A stretch of DNA of 42,259 nucleotides from Opitutales bacterium (GCA_040398005.1 JBBAUX010000001.1:1-42259), one strand, 5' to 3'. Positions 1 through 10,893 are shown, counted from the first letter of the stretch. Numbers and translations: made by a program. Notes: generated by a model not told the origin, from the sequence alone.

Positions 1-3000
1 CGTCTGTGGAATTTCGACTTCGATCACCGAGTTCGCTCCCTGCGCCTCGTGTGAAATTCCACCCAGCGCTCTGGCTCCATTAGCAAAAGCATAATCATTC
101 GCTAAAATATTTGACCAGTTAGCGGTGCCGCCAAGCAGATTAAGTTGATCACCGCCGTAAAGCTGGGTTCTCAAACTTGCATTTCCAATAGCCGGCAATC
201 CTCCTAGTGGAGCATTAGACGAATAGGTTGATAAAGGATTACTGAATAGCCAAGCAGGGTGTGGTGCGGGTACCGCTGGTATATTTTTGTACCCCTGAAT
301 CGTTCTATCGTAGGGAGTATCTCGTTTAGTATCTGCGACTCTAAATCGAGTATCAATTACGCTAAACACGTCACCCACAGCAGATTCATTCGTAATATCA
401 GTAATGTCCGCTACACGGCTTTTAATAATAGCGTTTGCTCCAGGGTTTGCTCCGGTATCGCCATAGAAAAATTTATTAGGTGCAACTTCTCCGGGACGCG
501 CATCCCGTGTAGTTGTAGTTTCGTAATTCCCTACATAAATAGTTTGCCCTGAACTTGCTGTAGAAGAGTACTTACTTGTTCCTAGTACTTCAAGGTAGCC
601 TGGATCTAGTATAGGGTCGTCATTAACTTGGTCGATAACTCCAGCTTTATTTCCTTTCCATCCAGATATGACTGTTGTCCAGGCTTTCCAGTAGCCGTTT
701 GAGTAACTCGATGAACCAAATTTTATGGAACATTTAAATTCATCATCTGCAAAGTAGGTTCCAAGTCTGGGAGTAATATCATTATTAAAATCATCACCAG
801 CCCAGAATAGTGTTCCAACAAATCCTCCTGTGTACCAAAAGCCTTTTTCAAGGGGTAAAATCCAAACATAGGATCCGTCGTTAGTAGCTCTGTTGAGTTC
901 GGAGTTTCCAGCGTTCTGAAAATTACCACTAGCTGTTGACCACGTGCCACCGTTTGCAGTGCCGTTCGTAGTAGTGTTACTTTTCAACAATTTTTTAGAG
1001 GAGAAAACGGCGAATTCTCCAGGCTCTAGAGTTGTCTCGGGAATAGTTACTAGCAGACTCTCGTATTCTCCATAGGACGAATCGTTTTTTGAGCTATTTG
1101 ATTTTCTGCAATTGAAAATCGTACGCATGTAGCGGCCATATGGAGATTGATAAGTTTTTTGCCAAACGTTGCCAACGCGTGCATGGTCAGGATAGTCAAC
1201 ATAGGTTTGATCTAATCCTGAAATAGCTAGGGTCATAGACTTTCCCTGGGCGTTAATATTAGTTTCCTTAACAGACGATTTTAAATTTAGTTTAACATTA
1301 TAGGGATTATGTAAAACGACTACAGGAGTGCAGACTATATTAATATTATAAAGCTGCGCCGCCTTTGTAGTAACCGGGTCAATGATTGTAGTTGTGTCAG
1401 TACTTGGAGACTTTCTCACTGAAAAAACGACGGAGACTCTATGTATATTGGGCATGTACGCGCTTCTAACAACTCGTGGTATGAATCCTATATCAGTATT
1501 GCCGGTAATAGAATTTCTTCCAATGACAGGATTTACGCATCCCAGTGCATCTCCTCCATGATTAGCTCTAGGATAAGTTTTTCCTAATCCAACGGAACTA
1601 TTGCTCACATTCCCTCCTCCGGTAGATGGGTATCCAAATGGTCCAACTGAGTAAGAACTTTCATATTCAAAAGGATCATACATGGGTTGACCTGTAACTC
1701 CGTATGAAGGAGGAGTTCTATAAGTTCCATTACTATAACCACCTTTAACAAATTGTGATGTATTGGGGAAGAATGAGCGGGCGGGGAGGGTGGCGGTATC
1801 GCTTGTCCAATCGATTTCTTTGTAGAGTCGGTAGTAGTCGCGGATGACGTGCCAGAGCGGGCCTACGAATCTTTTCTTGGCTACTGTGTCTTCGCGTATG
1901 AAGACAGGCGACCACGCCAAATAATTAGTTCCCGAGGTTAATTCGCGACTGGGATTATTATATACTGCTTCGTACATCGGCACCCACACGCGTGGTTTGG
2001 GGTCTGTTGGCGATGTTGCCGAAACTGTCGGTGTAGTTGTGGTAGTTGGACCAAACTCCGGGAAGGATGAATTGCGTAAAGCTGGAGCTACGAGAGTGGT
2101 ATCGTAAAACTCAGTGACCGATCCGCCTTTTGTTTTCGCTGTGACTTCTGCATCCGTACCACCTTTCGCTCCCGATCCGAAATCGGAATTATCGAAATCG
2201 TAATCATCCATTTCAAATGCGAGCGATAAGTCGCGCTTGAGTCCACCGCGGAAACTATCGGCTAAAACTCCTGATGACCATAGAGTCTGATTATGAAACG
2301 AAAGTTTACGTGAATCTAAACCGAGAGTCGTTGCGGCGTATCCAGGAACTAGGGCTAACTGCTGCGTTGAAGTGATTTGATTTAATTCCGCTTGATTGAC
2401 GGCAACCCCCGTCAATCCGGTGATGAGTTCGGTGCCGAGTCGACCGGGTGAACGTAGTGCGTCGATGACATTACTTGATGCAGGAGCCGTACCCGTTAAG
2501 TCGCGTGAGTCTTGTAAATTAATGCGCGCCTTTACACCTTCATCACCAATCCAATAAGCATAATTTCCAATCGTGATACCTTGGCTAATTCCTGGTACCG
2601 GAATTTTTGGTAAGGCGATGCGGCCGTCGACGTCGTCCGATGTTCCATATTTTCCGTCGGTACCCGGCTCAAGCACAGCACTACCATTGCCGACTAACAC
2701 TGCAAAGGATGAGGGTGCAGTCGGGTTAATTGGATAGTCAGTTGTCCATGGTAACCAATAAGTATTATTGTAATCAGTGATATCATTGCCGCTGATATCT
2801 TTACCCCAGGTTGAAACCGATTGTGCGGTGTAAGAGGTTGTAGTTTTCGTCACATCCTGTCCGCCTTTACCGCTGATTAACCACGCGGGTGGCTGATCAG
2901 GTTTATCGGTGCGCCAAACGCCAGTCCAATTGCGTTGTCCTTGGCCAATTTTTTCTGAATTGGAAAGCGTCGCCACGTAAGGACTGGGTGGAGAAAATAC

Positions 3001-3258
3001 TCCCGCTAAATCACCGGTCGCGGTAGCGCGTCGATCGGGTCCAGCGGTTTGCTGTAAATGGGCGAGGGCGAGTCGGCCCGACATCAAAGCATTAAGTCGG
3101 GCACGCGTGGCTAAATGGAAAGTTGCAGCGGCGCGAGATTCAACATTGAGAAATGCAGCGAGAACAATCACCACGAACACAATCATCGCCATCATCGTCA
3201 AAGAAAGGATGAGTGAGAACCCCTTTCGATTTTTAGATGTTGGCGTAGTGGTGGACAT
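1..3258 (-). CDS. Giant GspK/PilX-like prepilin-type protein (Verrucomicrobia large pilin-like family), 3' end outside the window
   Basis: ATG at 3258. Hand translation gives MSTTTPTSKNRKG|FSLILSLTMMAMIVFVVIVLAAFLNVESRAA...RARLNALMSGRLALAHLQQTAGPDRRATA, a class III signal peptide without Glu5. The frame appears open to base 1 (...ANSVIEVEIPQT), which explains its absence from the ORF track. Motif WSSGVLADSFRGGLKRDLSLAFE matches the paralog at 38270-42259. Confidence 0.8.
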   Translation of the reverse strand, partial: MSTTTPTSKNRKGFSLILSLTMMAMIVFVVIVLAAFLNVESRAAATFHLATRARLNALMSGRLALAHLQQTAGPDRRATATGDLAGVFSPPSPYVATLSNSEKIGQGQRNWTGVWRTDKPDQPPAWLISGKGGQDVTKTTTSYTAQSVSTWGKDISGNDITDYNNTYWLPWTTDYPINPTAPSSFAVLVGNGSAVLEPGTDGKYGTSDDVDGRIALPKIPVPGISQGITIGNYAYWIGDEGVKARINLQDSRDLTGTAPASSNVIDALRSPGRLGTELITGLTGVAVNQAELNQITSTQQLALVPGYAATTLGLDSRKLSFHNQTLWSSGVLADSFRGGLKRDLSLAFEMDDYDFDNSDFGSGAKGGTDAEVTAKTKGGSVTEFYDTTLVAPALRNSSFPEFGPTTTTTPTVSATSPTDPKPRVWVPMYEAVYNNPSRELTSGTNYLAWSPVFIREDTVAKKRFVGPLWHVIRDYYRLYKEIDWTSDTATLPARSFFPNTSQFVKGGYSNGTYRTPPSYGVTGQPMYDPFEYESSYSVGPFGYPSTGGGNVSNSSVGLGKTYPRANHGGDALGCVNPVIGRNSITGNTDIGFIPRVVRSAYMPNIHRVSVVFSVRKSPSTDTTTIIDPVTTKAAQLYNINIVCTPVVVLHNPYNVKLNLKSSVKETNINAQGKSMTLAISGLDQTYVDYPDHARVGNVWQKTYQSPYGRYMRTIFNCRKSNSSKNDSSYGEYESLLVTIPETTLEPGEFAVFSSKKLLKSNTTTNGTANGGTWSTASGNFQNAGNSELNRATNDGSYVWILPLEKGFWYTGGFVGTLFWAGDDFNNDITPRLGTYFADDEFKCSIKFGSSSYSNGYWKAWTTVISGWKGNKAGVIDQVNDDPILDPGYLEVLGTSKYSSTASSGQTIYVGNYETTTTRDARPGEVAPNKFFYGDTGANPGANAIIKSRVADITDITNESAVGDVFSVIDTRFRVADTKRDTPYDRTIQGYKNIPAVPAPHPAWLFSNPLSTYSSNAPLGGLPAIGNASLRTQLYGGDQLNLLGGTANWSNILANDYAFANGARALGGISHEAQGANSVIEVEIPQT

Positions 3259-3267
3259 GCGCTGACG

Positions 3268-4080
3268 TTATTTCACTTGGGCCTGTGCGGATTTCTTGGA
3301 TGATTTATTCGTTTTAGCTTTTTGAGCTTCTTCCTCTTTCGCTTGTTTGATTTCTTCAGCAGTGGGGACGCGCTCGGAAATCCCGCGAGTCATCACCAGA
3401 CAGGGATCATTATAATGAGGAACAATAAACCAGAGCGTGCGAGAGTCTGCTAACTGAATCCACCGCATGCCGCCTGCTGGACTCCATTCACCTTTTTCAT
3501 CGCGGAGAAGGAATTGGCCCTGTCCGTAATCATAGGCTTTAACCGGTGGTTCGTAATAAAGATCTTCGGCGGGTTGGAGAACTTTTTTGAGTCCCGGAAA
3601 ATTAACAGCAAGGCGTGCTTTACAGACGTTGAAAAACCGCATGCTTCCCGCCGCCATTTTTTCGGGTGAATCGGGCACGAGTTGCAACGTGGGCTTATCG
3701 CTGGATCCAGAAATAATTGCGATGTACGGAGTGTCAGGACTGGGAACAACCGCCTCGACAAAAGGCGTGAGCGTCGTGACCCCGTCGGGGTCGGTGTTAG
3801 CCTTATAAAAAGTCAGTTTACCGTCCGCGTAACGAAGTTTTTTTTCTTCAGTCAGACTGACGCTATAAACCTTAAGCGGCTCAAAAGGAGGGGAGTTTTT
3901 TTTATCATTTCCACTACCCTTAGAAGCACTTGCATAGGCCTCCGCTTTCTTGGCATCGACGATCGCTAATTCGATGACGGGTTCATTAAAACTGAGTGCT
4001 CGAAATTTGATTTCCGGGAGCTCTTCTACCGGCGAAGCTACAGCTAAAATGAATAGGGCGCAGAGCACAAAATAATCCAA
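3268..4080 (-). CDS. Secreted hypothetical protein, partner of the giant pilin-like gene
   Basis: 270 aa ORF with a TTG start and signal-peptide-like N-terminus. AGSMRFFNV resembles YGSFIAVNF in 37458-38267. It ends 9 bp before the giant gene's start. Confidence 0.7.
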   Translation of the reverse strand: MDYFVLCALFILAVASPVEELPEIKFRALSFNEPVIELAIVDAKKAEAYASASKGSGNDKKNSPPFEPLKVYSVSLTEEKKLRYADGKLTFYKANTDPDGVTTLTPFVEAVVPSPDTPYIAIISGSSDKPTLQLVPDSPEKMAAGSMRFFNVCKARLAVNFPGLKKVLQPAEDLYYEPPVKAYDYGQGQFLLRDEKGEWSPAGGMRWIQLADSRTLWFIVPHYNDPCLVMTRGISERVPTAEEIKQAKEEEAQKAKTNKSSKKSAQAQVK

Positions 4081-4220
4081 TGAATGAAATGATTTTTAGC
4101 CACCCTTTAACGGCAAAATACGGGTGAAGTTTTTCACGGATTTATTGACAATTGTGACGGTTATGTGACGGAGTCCATGCCGGTCACCAATCCGCCATAA
4201 TTGTGACAAATTGCCCCACT

Positions 4221-4229
4221 TTATTCACA
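4221..4229 (+). promoter_or_regulatory. DnaA-box-like site upstream of dnaB
   Basis: TTATTCACA matches the TTATNCACA consensus. Confidence 0.5.
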
Positions 4230-4311
4230 GGGGGGTGCGTGTAACCTGCGATGATTTGAGACTCCGTTTAGGGCAGGGAAGTGATACAAAGGTCTTTCCC
4301 CTATTTCGTTC

Positions 4312-5748
4312 ATGGCTGAAAAATATCAAAAAAGAAACCGTAAGGAGGCGGCTCCCAATTACGGAGACCGTGTTCCTCCACATAATTTAGATGCCGAGCG
4401 TGGCTTGATTGCGAGTGTGCTCATCGACGGTGGTGAGACGATGCAGCGCTGCCAGTCGGAGAAGGTGGGTAAGGAGTATTTCTTTGATCCAAAGCACCAA
4501 GATATTTTTGCGGCTGCCGAAAAACTTTCAAAAGAGAATTCGGGAATCGATGAAATCACCGTCACCGATCGCCTGCGTCGCGAGGGCTTACTCGAGTCGG
4601 CGGGTGGAGCTACTTACATCAATGAAATCACCGGTTTAGTGGCCTCTACGGCTCACGCTCCGCACTGGTTACAAATCGTCCGTGAGAAACATTTTTTACG
4701 TTGTTTAATTTCGACCGCGGTCACGACCGTGGAAAAAGCGCATGCGCATTCGGATGACATTCAGCGCTTACTCGAAGATGTAGAGCAGGCCTTTTTTAAG
4801 ATCAGTGAAGATCGCGTTTCGGACTCAGCGGTGAAAATCGATAAGCCGATTGATGAAGCGATGGAGATGGTGCAACGCATCATTCGTGATGGTCGCTCGG
4901 TGCAGGGTATTCCTTCGGGATTCGTTGAATTGGACCAATTAACTTTCGGTTTCCAAGGTGGCCAAATGGTCATCGTCGCAGCCCGTCCAGGGATGGGTAA
5001 AACATCGATTGCCCTTAATTTCATTGAGGCTGCGCTCTTTCCTAAGCCCAACTCGAACAAGGTGCCGGCCAACGTTTTATTATTCTCGCTAGAAATGCCC
5101 GCGCGCGAATTAGCGCTGCGTTTATTATGCTCACGCGCTCGCGTGAACATGCAGAAGTTGCGTTCGGCACACCCCGATCACCAAACGCAGGTCGACTTAG
5201 TCACGGCCGCAAATGAGTACCGCGGTCTACCCCTCACGGTGGATGATAATGGCGGACAAACCATTTTAGAAATCCGCGCCAAGTGCCGCCGCATGCATGC
5301 CCAACGTAAACTAGATTTAATCGTCATCGATTACATTCAGCTGATTAATGGGCTGGATTCGTCGTTACCACGCGAACAACAAATTGCTGAAGTCTCGCGC
5401 AGTATTAAGGCCATGGCGAAGGAGTTTAATGTTCCGGTGATCGCACTCGCTCAGCTCAATCGTAAGTCCGAAGACGAAGGCCGTCAGCCTAAGATGTCCG
5501 ACCTTCGCGAATCGGGCTCGATCGAGCAAGATGCCGATATTGTCATGATCATTTCACGGCCCACGGCCTCGCAAAGCAAGGCCGCCGGAGAAGGGGATGC
5601 GGAAACTTCGGACGGTTCAGGCTGTTACCATCGACAGTTAATTGTGGCTAAAAACCGAAATGGTCCGACGCACGACATTAACTTGCAATGGAATCCAGGC
5701 TTAACACGCTTCGACACACCTGCCCGTGAAACTTCCCGTGATGAATGA
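4312..5748 (+). CDS. dnaB: Replicative DNA helicase
   Basis: VPPHNLDAE N-terminus, Walker A AARPGMGKT, IVIDYIQL, SDLRESGSIEQDAD, IVAKNRNGPT. Confidence 0.97.
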   Translation: MAEKYQKRNRKEAAPNYGDRVPPHNLDAERGLIASVLIDGGETMQRCQSEKVGKEYFFDPKHQDIFAAAEKLSKENSGIDEITVTDRLRREGLLESAGGATYINEITGLVASTAHAPHWLQIVREKHFLRCLISTAVTTVEKAHAHSDDIQRLLEDVEQAFFKISEDRVSDSAVKIDKPIDEAMEMVQRIIRDGRSVQGIPSGFVELDQLTFGFQGGQMVIVAARPGMGKTSIALNFIEAALFPKPNSNKVPANVLLFSLEMPARELALRLLCSRARVNMQKLRSAHPDHQTQVDLVTAANEYRGLPLTVDDNGGQTILEIRAKCRRMHAQRKLDLIVIDYIQLINGLDSSLPREQQIAEVSRSIKAMAKEFNVPVIALAQLNRKSEDEGRQPKMSDLRESGSIEQDADIVMIISRPTASQSKAAGEGDAETSDGSGCYHRQLIVAKNRNGPTHDINLQWNPGLTRFDTPARETSRDE

Positions 5749-8224
5749 AACCAAAGTCCGCCGTAGCTTCTTAAAAGCTGCCTGCTTTACCCTCGCCCTC
5801 GCTCCGGGAATTTTGCTCGGCCAAAGCGTCGAGACAATGAACGACCCCGTCATTCGCTCCGTGCGCGTGAAGTCACAAGGGGATTCAGTTTCCGAACAAT
5901 ATGTTTTGGGTTATGTTTCGCTCCGTGCCGGACAGCTCTTTAATAAAGATGCTGCGGCGAATACCGTACGTGCTTTATATAGTACTGGAAAATTTGACCA
6001 AGTTTCGGTCGTGCCTGAGTTAGATGTGGCTAAAGGACAGATTGATTTAGTCGTCATGGTCGAACCTCGTTCGGCGATTGCAAAATTTGAATACATTGGT
6101 GGCGATGGTATGTTCGATAAGGAAAGCGATGATCGTTACGCCGATGGATTAAGAATCGGTGAGCCTTTAGATAAAGCGGCCCTGCGTCGCGCGGAAGTAA
6201 AACTCCAAAACGAAATTCGTAAAAAACGTCCGTTCACCACGGTGGATGCGCAAACCTACAAAGTCCCTGGCGGCGTCTGCGTTTCTTATGTGATTCGTGA
6301 GAGTGCTGATTTGCGTGTGGACAACATCACCATCGAAGGGGCAAAACAACTTTCACAAAGCGAAGTCATCGAAGGCGCTGAACTCAAAGCTTCCAATTGG
6401 CGCTGGTGGAAATTCTCTTGGCTCTTGAGCAATGGTCGACTCGACCCCGAGGATTACAAAAAAGATGTGACTGCGATTATTGATTTTTACCGTTCGCGTG
6501 GATTCCTGGATGTAAAAGTCGAAGAAAAAGACCCAGAAAAAGCCTGTAAAATTAAGAATTTAGAAAAAGCCAAACAGGGGGAAAGTGCGAAGGGCTGGAT
6601 CGATATTATTTATAAAGTAACCGAAGGCCGTCGCTACACGGTGGGCGATGTTTCGATTACCGGAAATAAATTGGCCGCTACCAGTCCAGCTTTCACGACC
6701 GATTCTCTCCAAAAAATTATTGTCGAACCTTCTCTCCGTCGCGGTGCGCATAAGATCGAGGTCGATCACTTTATTAAAGGGGAAGCTTTCTCAGACGTTG
6801 CTTTGAGTACGGCGGCCGAAAAAATTAAAGAGTACTACGGCCAGTTGGGATACCTAAACGCGAGTGTCGATGTGCAGCGTAAACCAAATTTAAATACTGG
6901 AGTAATCGATGTCAGTCTTGTGGTGACCGAAGGAATGCGTTTCACGGTCCGCGCGATTGATATCCAAGGTAATACGAAGACGCGTGCTAAAGTGATTGCG
7001 CGCGAGTTAGCGCTCAGCCCGGGTGAAGTTTTTGACTTAGCCCGAGCCCGCGTTTCGGAAGCTCGTCTTAAAAATACCCAATTCTTTGAAGAAGTTCGCA
7101 TCTTCCCCGTTTCTACCTCGGTGCCTGGACAGAGCGACATGCGCGTGCTCGTGAAAGAAGGTCCCACGGGTTCCGTCAGCTTCGGTGCAGGTTATAGCAC
7201 TGTTGAGCAATTGGTCGGTTTCGTTGAGTATTCTGAAGGTAATTTCGATTACTCGAATCCCGAAGGTTGGTATCGCGGCGCCGGACAAAAATTCCGCTTA
7301 CGTCTATCGCTCGGCAGTGTTTCGAGCACGATTGAACATTCTTTTGAAGAGCCTTCCTTGTGGGATCGCGATTTAGCCGTCGGTTATAAAATCGAACGTC
7401 GTTACGCAGGTTATGCTTCGAGCAACTATAGCGTGATCAATGAAGCCGTCGGCGTTTACGCCCGTCGCCGCTTATGGGGCGTGGTCGAAGGTCGTGTCGC
7501 TTATGACTTACGTCGTACTTCCGTCGATAGTGTTTTAGCAACGGCTCCAGCAGATGTACAATTAGAACAAGGAAATCCCAAGATCACTTCATCGGTCACA
7601 CTCTCACTCGTTAAAGATACGCGCGATGAATATAATTTTCCAACCAAGGGCGTACGTATTTCGCTTTCGGAAGAAATCGCCGGACTCGGTGGTGACTTAA
7701 AATATTTACGTTCCGAATTAAGAACCGGTAAGTGGTTTTTAGTTTCTCCGACTTCGGAACAAACCCTCGGTATCATCGCTCGGGTGGGTTTAATCACGGG
7801 AGCGGGAGGTTCCTTGCCCTTCTACGAACGCTTCTATTTAGGGGGTGCTTACGACATGCGCGGTTTTAATTATAATGATGTCGGCGCGATTAATACCTGG
7901 GACTTAAATTCTACCGGTGGTGGTAATCAGCCGATGGGCGGTCTCAGCTACGGATTTTTCTCCGCTGAATACACGATCAAGGTGGCTGATAACCTGCGCT
8001 TAGCGACTTTCTACGATTACGGTTTCGTGGATCGCGGGGAGACGAAGTTTAATTTGTCGGAAGCCAATTCCGATTGGGGTGTGGGTATGCGCATTTTACT
8101 CGGCGGGTCGATTATGCGACTGGATTTTGGTATTCCCCTCAAAACCACTAAAAATCCTGCAAATGGACAGGAAGTTAACGGTGGCGGAGCTAAATTTAAC
8201 TTCAGTTTTGGCACTGTCTTTTGA
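5741..8224 (+). CDS. bamA: Outer membrane protein assembly factor BamA
   Basis: POTRA-like repeats (GNTKTRAKVIARE), FYLGGAYDMRGF motif, terminal FNFSFGTVF. ATG 5741 was chosen over GTG 5726. Confidence 0.93.
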   Translation: MNETKVRRSFLKAACFTLALAPGILLGQSVETMNDPVIRSVRVKSQGDSVSEQYVLGYVSLRAGQLFNKDAAANTVRALYSTGKFDQVSVVPELDVAKGQIDLVVMVEPRSAIAKFEYIGGDGMFDKESDDRYADGLRIGEPLDKAALRRAEVKLQNEIRKKRPFTTVDAQTYKVPGGVCVSYVIRESADLRVDNITIEGAKQLSQSEVIEGAELKASNWRWWKFSWLLSNGRLDPEDYKKDVTAIIDFYRSRGFLDVKVEEKDPEKACKIKNLEKAKQGESAKGWIDIIYKVTEGRRYTVGDVSITGNKLAATSPAFTTDSLQKIIVEPSLRRGAHKIEVDHFIKGEAFSDVALSTAAEKIKEYYGQLGYLNASVDVQRKPNLNTGVIDVSLVVTEGMRFTVRAIDIQGNTKTRAKVIARELALSPGEVFDLARARVSEARLKNTQFFEEVRIFPVSTSVPGQSDMRVLVKEGPTGSVSFGAGYSTVEQLVGFVEYSEGNFDYSNPEGWYRGAGQKFRLRLSLGSVSSTIEHSFEEPSLWDRDLAVGYKIERRYAGYASSNYSVINEAVGVYARRRLWGVVEGRVAYDLRRTSVDSVLATAPADVQLEQGNPKITSSVTLSLVKDTRDEYNFPTKGVRISLSEEIAGLGGDLKYLRSELRTGKWFLVSPTSEQTLGIIARVGLITGAGGSLPFYERFYLGGAYDMRGFNYNDVGAINTWDLNSTGGGNQPMGGLSYGFFSAEYTIKVADNLRLATFYDYGFVDRGETKFNLSEANSDWGVGMRILLGGSIMRLDFGIPLKTTKNPANGQEVNGGGAKFNFSFGTVF

Positions 8225-8270
8225 TTGCCAAGCCCCAGCTAAATACTCACTTTAAAAGTCTCCTCATCTT

Positions 8271-8843
8271 ATGAAATCCCTTAGCGCACTCCTCATCTTT
8301 GCAGCGACTTCTGTGTTTGCTGCAGCTCCTAATGTCGCCGTCGTCGACGTCGCCGATATCATGGCCAAATATAATAAGGCCATCGAAATCAAAGCGGGCA
8401 TCGACAAGTCCTTAGAAGCTAGTCGTGCTGCGGTGAATGACCGTGCTAAAGAAATCGACGCCTTAAAGGCCGATTTCGACAGCACCGTTAAACGCGCCAA
8501 CGATCCTATCTTAAACGAAGCTGGAAAAAAGAGCCTCATCACTGAAGCCAACGTCAAACGCGAAGCCCTCCAACAGCGCCTCAACGAGTTCCAACAATTC
8601 GCCCAAAGCGCCCAAGGACAAATTCAACAACGCGCTAATCAGTTAGAACAAAATGTCATCGCCGACATCCGTATCGAAACCGACAAAATTGCTAAAGCAA
8701 AAAACCTCCAGTTAATTATTCCTAAGGCGGTTGCTTTCACTTCTGATCCTTCACTCGATATCACCGCCGACATTATTAAGAATCTGAACGCTAATTATAA
8801 ATCAGGTTCTGCGACCGAGGCTGAAAAGCCTGCTGCTAAATAA
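8271..8843 (+). CDS. skp: Periplasmic chaperone Skp/OmpH
   Basis: Signal peptide, VAVVDV, long coiled coil, DITADII. Lies between bamA and lpxD. Confidence 0.9.
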   Translation: MKSLSALLIFAATSVFAAAPNVAVVDVADIMAKYNKAIEIKAGIDKSLEASRAAVNDRAKEIDALKADFDSTVKRANDPILNEAGKKSLITEANVKREALQQRLNEFQQFAQSAQGQIQQRANQLEQNVIADIRIETDKIAKAKNLQLIIPKAVAFTSDPSLDITADIIKNLNANYKSGSATEAEKPAAK

Positions 8844-8850
8844 TAAAAAT

Positions 8851-8888
8851 AATGAAGTCCGCCCCTGAGTTTCAGGGGCGCTTCATTT
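8851..8888 (+). terminator. Hairpin after skp (terminator or mRNA-stabilising stem)
   Basis: AATGAAG..CGCCCCTGA-GTT-TCAGGGGCG-CTTCATT inverted repeat. Confidence 0.55.
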
Positions 8889-8893
8889 AGGAC

Positions 8894-9946
8894 ATGTCCT
8901 TCACCCTCACGCTTACCGAACTCGCCAAAATCACGGCGGCTGCGGCTATCGAGGGTTCACGGACCGCGCCCATTAAAGCCATCGCCTCCCTGCCAGAAGC
9001 AGGTTGCGATGACTTATCTTTTTTAGGAAATCCGAAATACAGCACCGCTGTTGCGACGTCTAAAGCGGGTGTCATTTTAGTTCCTGCCGACTACGCCGGA
9101 AAACCCAACGCGGAACAAGTTTATCTCCGCGTTGAAAAACCTTCCTACGCTTTAGCACTCATCTGCTCCGCCCTCGAAGCACAACTCTGGCCTCAACCAG
9201 CGAGCGGCATTCATGCCTCCGCCGTCATCGCTAAAACGGCAAACGTTGATTCTACTGCCACCATCGGACCGCTCTGCGTCGTCGGAGAAAATTCTACGAT
9301 CGGCGCAGGCGTCGTTCTCGAAGCACAATGTTTTATCGGTGCGAATGTTTCGATCGGACAACGCTCCTGGCTAAAATCAGGCGTCACCATTGCTGATTAT
9401 TGTATCGTCGGTGCACGTTGTCGTTTTCAATCAGGTGTTGTGATTGGTTCCGATGGATTTGGTTACGAACCCGTCGGACAAGAAATTCATCGCATTCCGC
9501 AAATTGGAAATGTCGTCCTTGAAGACGACGTAGAAGTCGGCGCGAACACGACCATCGATCGCGCACGCTTTAGTCAGACCACCATCGGTCGTGGTACCAA
9601 AATTGATAATCTCGTGCAAATCGCGCACAATGTACGCATTGGAAAACAATGTCTCATCGCCGCGCAGGTCGGTATTGCGGGAAGTTCTACCCTCGGTGAT
9701 TACTGTGTGCTCGGTGGCCAAGCAGGTGTCGCTGGGCATTTAACCTTGGGCGATCGCGTGCAATTAGGGGCACAGACGGGCCTCTTCCAAGACGTGGCGA
9801 CGAACGAATTTTATAACGGCACGCCCGCCATCCCCATTGGTTTAGAGCGTCGCTTAGTGGTTTTATCTAGAAAATTACCCGATTTATTCAAAAAGGTTGA
9901 TTCGCTTGCCGCATCGTTGGACTCTGTTCGTCGTCCAAATTCATGA
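8894..9946 (+). CDS. lpxD: UDP-3-O-(3-hydroxyacyl)glucosamine N-acyltransferase
   Basis: LSFLGNPKY, hexapeptide repeats, [29 protein letters not shown]. Confidence 0.96.
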   Translation: MSFTLTLTELAKITAAAAIEGSRTAPIKAIASLPEAGCDDLSFLGNPKYSTAVATSKAGVILVPADYAGKPNAEQVYLRVEKPSYALALICSALEAQLWPQPASGIHASAVIAKTANVDSTATIGPLCVVGENSTIGAGVVLEAQCFIGANVSIGQRSWLKSGVTIADYCIVGARCRFQSGVVIGSDGFGYEPVGQEIHRIPQIGNVVLEDDVEVGANTTIDRARFSQTTIGRGTKIDNLVQIAHNVRIGKQCLIAAQVGIAGSSTLGDYCVLGGQAGVAGHLTLGDRVQLGAQTGLFQDVATNEFYNGTPAIPIGLERRLVVLSRKLPDLFKKVDSLAASLDSVRRPNS

Positions 9947-10893
9947 GTCAGCCAGCTATCAAAATTTTTACAGGGAACGCCAACCCTGCACTCGCTAAAG
10001 AAATTTGCGACCATCTCGGTGAGCCCCTCGGTTCAGCGACGGTGAATTGTTTTCCGGATGGTGAAACGTTTGTGCAAATAAATGAAAACATTCGCGGCTG
10101 CGATGTGTTCGTGGTGCAACCTACTTGTGTGCCGGCGAATGACCGTATCATGGAATTATTAATCATGATTGATGCACTCCGCCGCGCTTCCGCGGCACGG
10201 ATTACCGCCGTCATTCCTTTCTACGGTTACGCTCGTCAGGATCGCAAAGACAAACCGCGCGTTCCCATCACCGCGAAACTCGTCGCTAATCTTCTAACGG
10301 CCGCCGGTGCGAATCGCATTCTCACCGTTGATTTACACGCGCAACAGATTCAAGGCTTCTTCGATATTCCGGTCGACCATCTCTATGCATCGCCGGTCTT
10401 CTACGCCTATATTAAAAATAAACCTTGGTTGAAAGATGCGACTGTATTTTCTCCCGACGTCGGTGGTCTGAAATATGCTTCAGCCGTCGCGGATATGCTT
10501 AACCTTCCTTACGGCTTCGTCGCAAAACGTCGCACGAGTGCTACGACCGTGACCGCGACGAGCTTGGTGGGTGATGTAGACGGCAAAGATGTTATCTTAG
10601 TCGACGACATGACGGAGACCGCCGGCACGTTAGTCGCTGCTGCTGAATTGATTAAGAAGAATGGTGCCCGCACAGTGCGTGCGATGGTTTCACACTGCAT
10701 GATTCAAGAAATCGCTTACGAGCGTTTCAAGAAAGGGCTGATTGATGAAGTCATCACCACTAATTCTGTGCCGATTGATACTCGCGGATTACCGATCACG
10801 GTTTTATCCATCGCCCCTTTATTGGCCGATGCGATTCGTCGGATTCACGGCAATAATAGCGTGACAGATCTCTTCCCCATTAAGGGACATTGA
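9943..10893 (+). CDS. prs: Ribose-phosphate pyrophosphokinase
   Basis: [49 protein letters not shown]. Confidence 0.97.
   Translation: MSQPAIKIFTGNANPALAKEICDHLGEPLGSATVNCFPDGETFVQINENIRGCDVFVVQPTCVPANDRIMELLIMIDALRRASAARITAVIPFYGYARQDRKDKPRVPITAKLVANLLTAAGANRILTVDLHAQQIQGFFDIPVDHLYASPVFYAYIKNKPWLKDATVFSPDVGGLKYASAVADMLNLPYGFVAKRRTSATTVTATSLVGDVDGKDVILVDDMTETAGTLVAAAELIKKNGARTVRAMVSHCMIQEIAYERFKKGLIDEVITTNSVPIDTRGLPITVLSIAPLLADAIRRIHGNNSVTDLFPIKGH

Noticed and set aside
259..950. Small ORFs 259-552 (+) and 723-950 (-)
   Set aside because: They lie within the long open minus-strand frame 1-3258 and are shadow ORFs.
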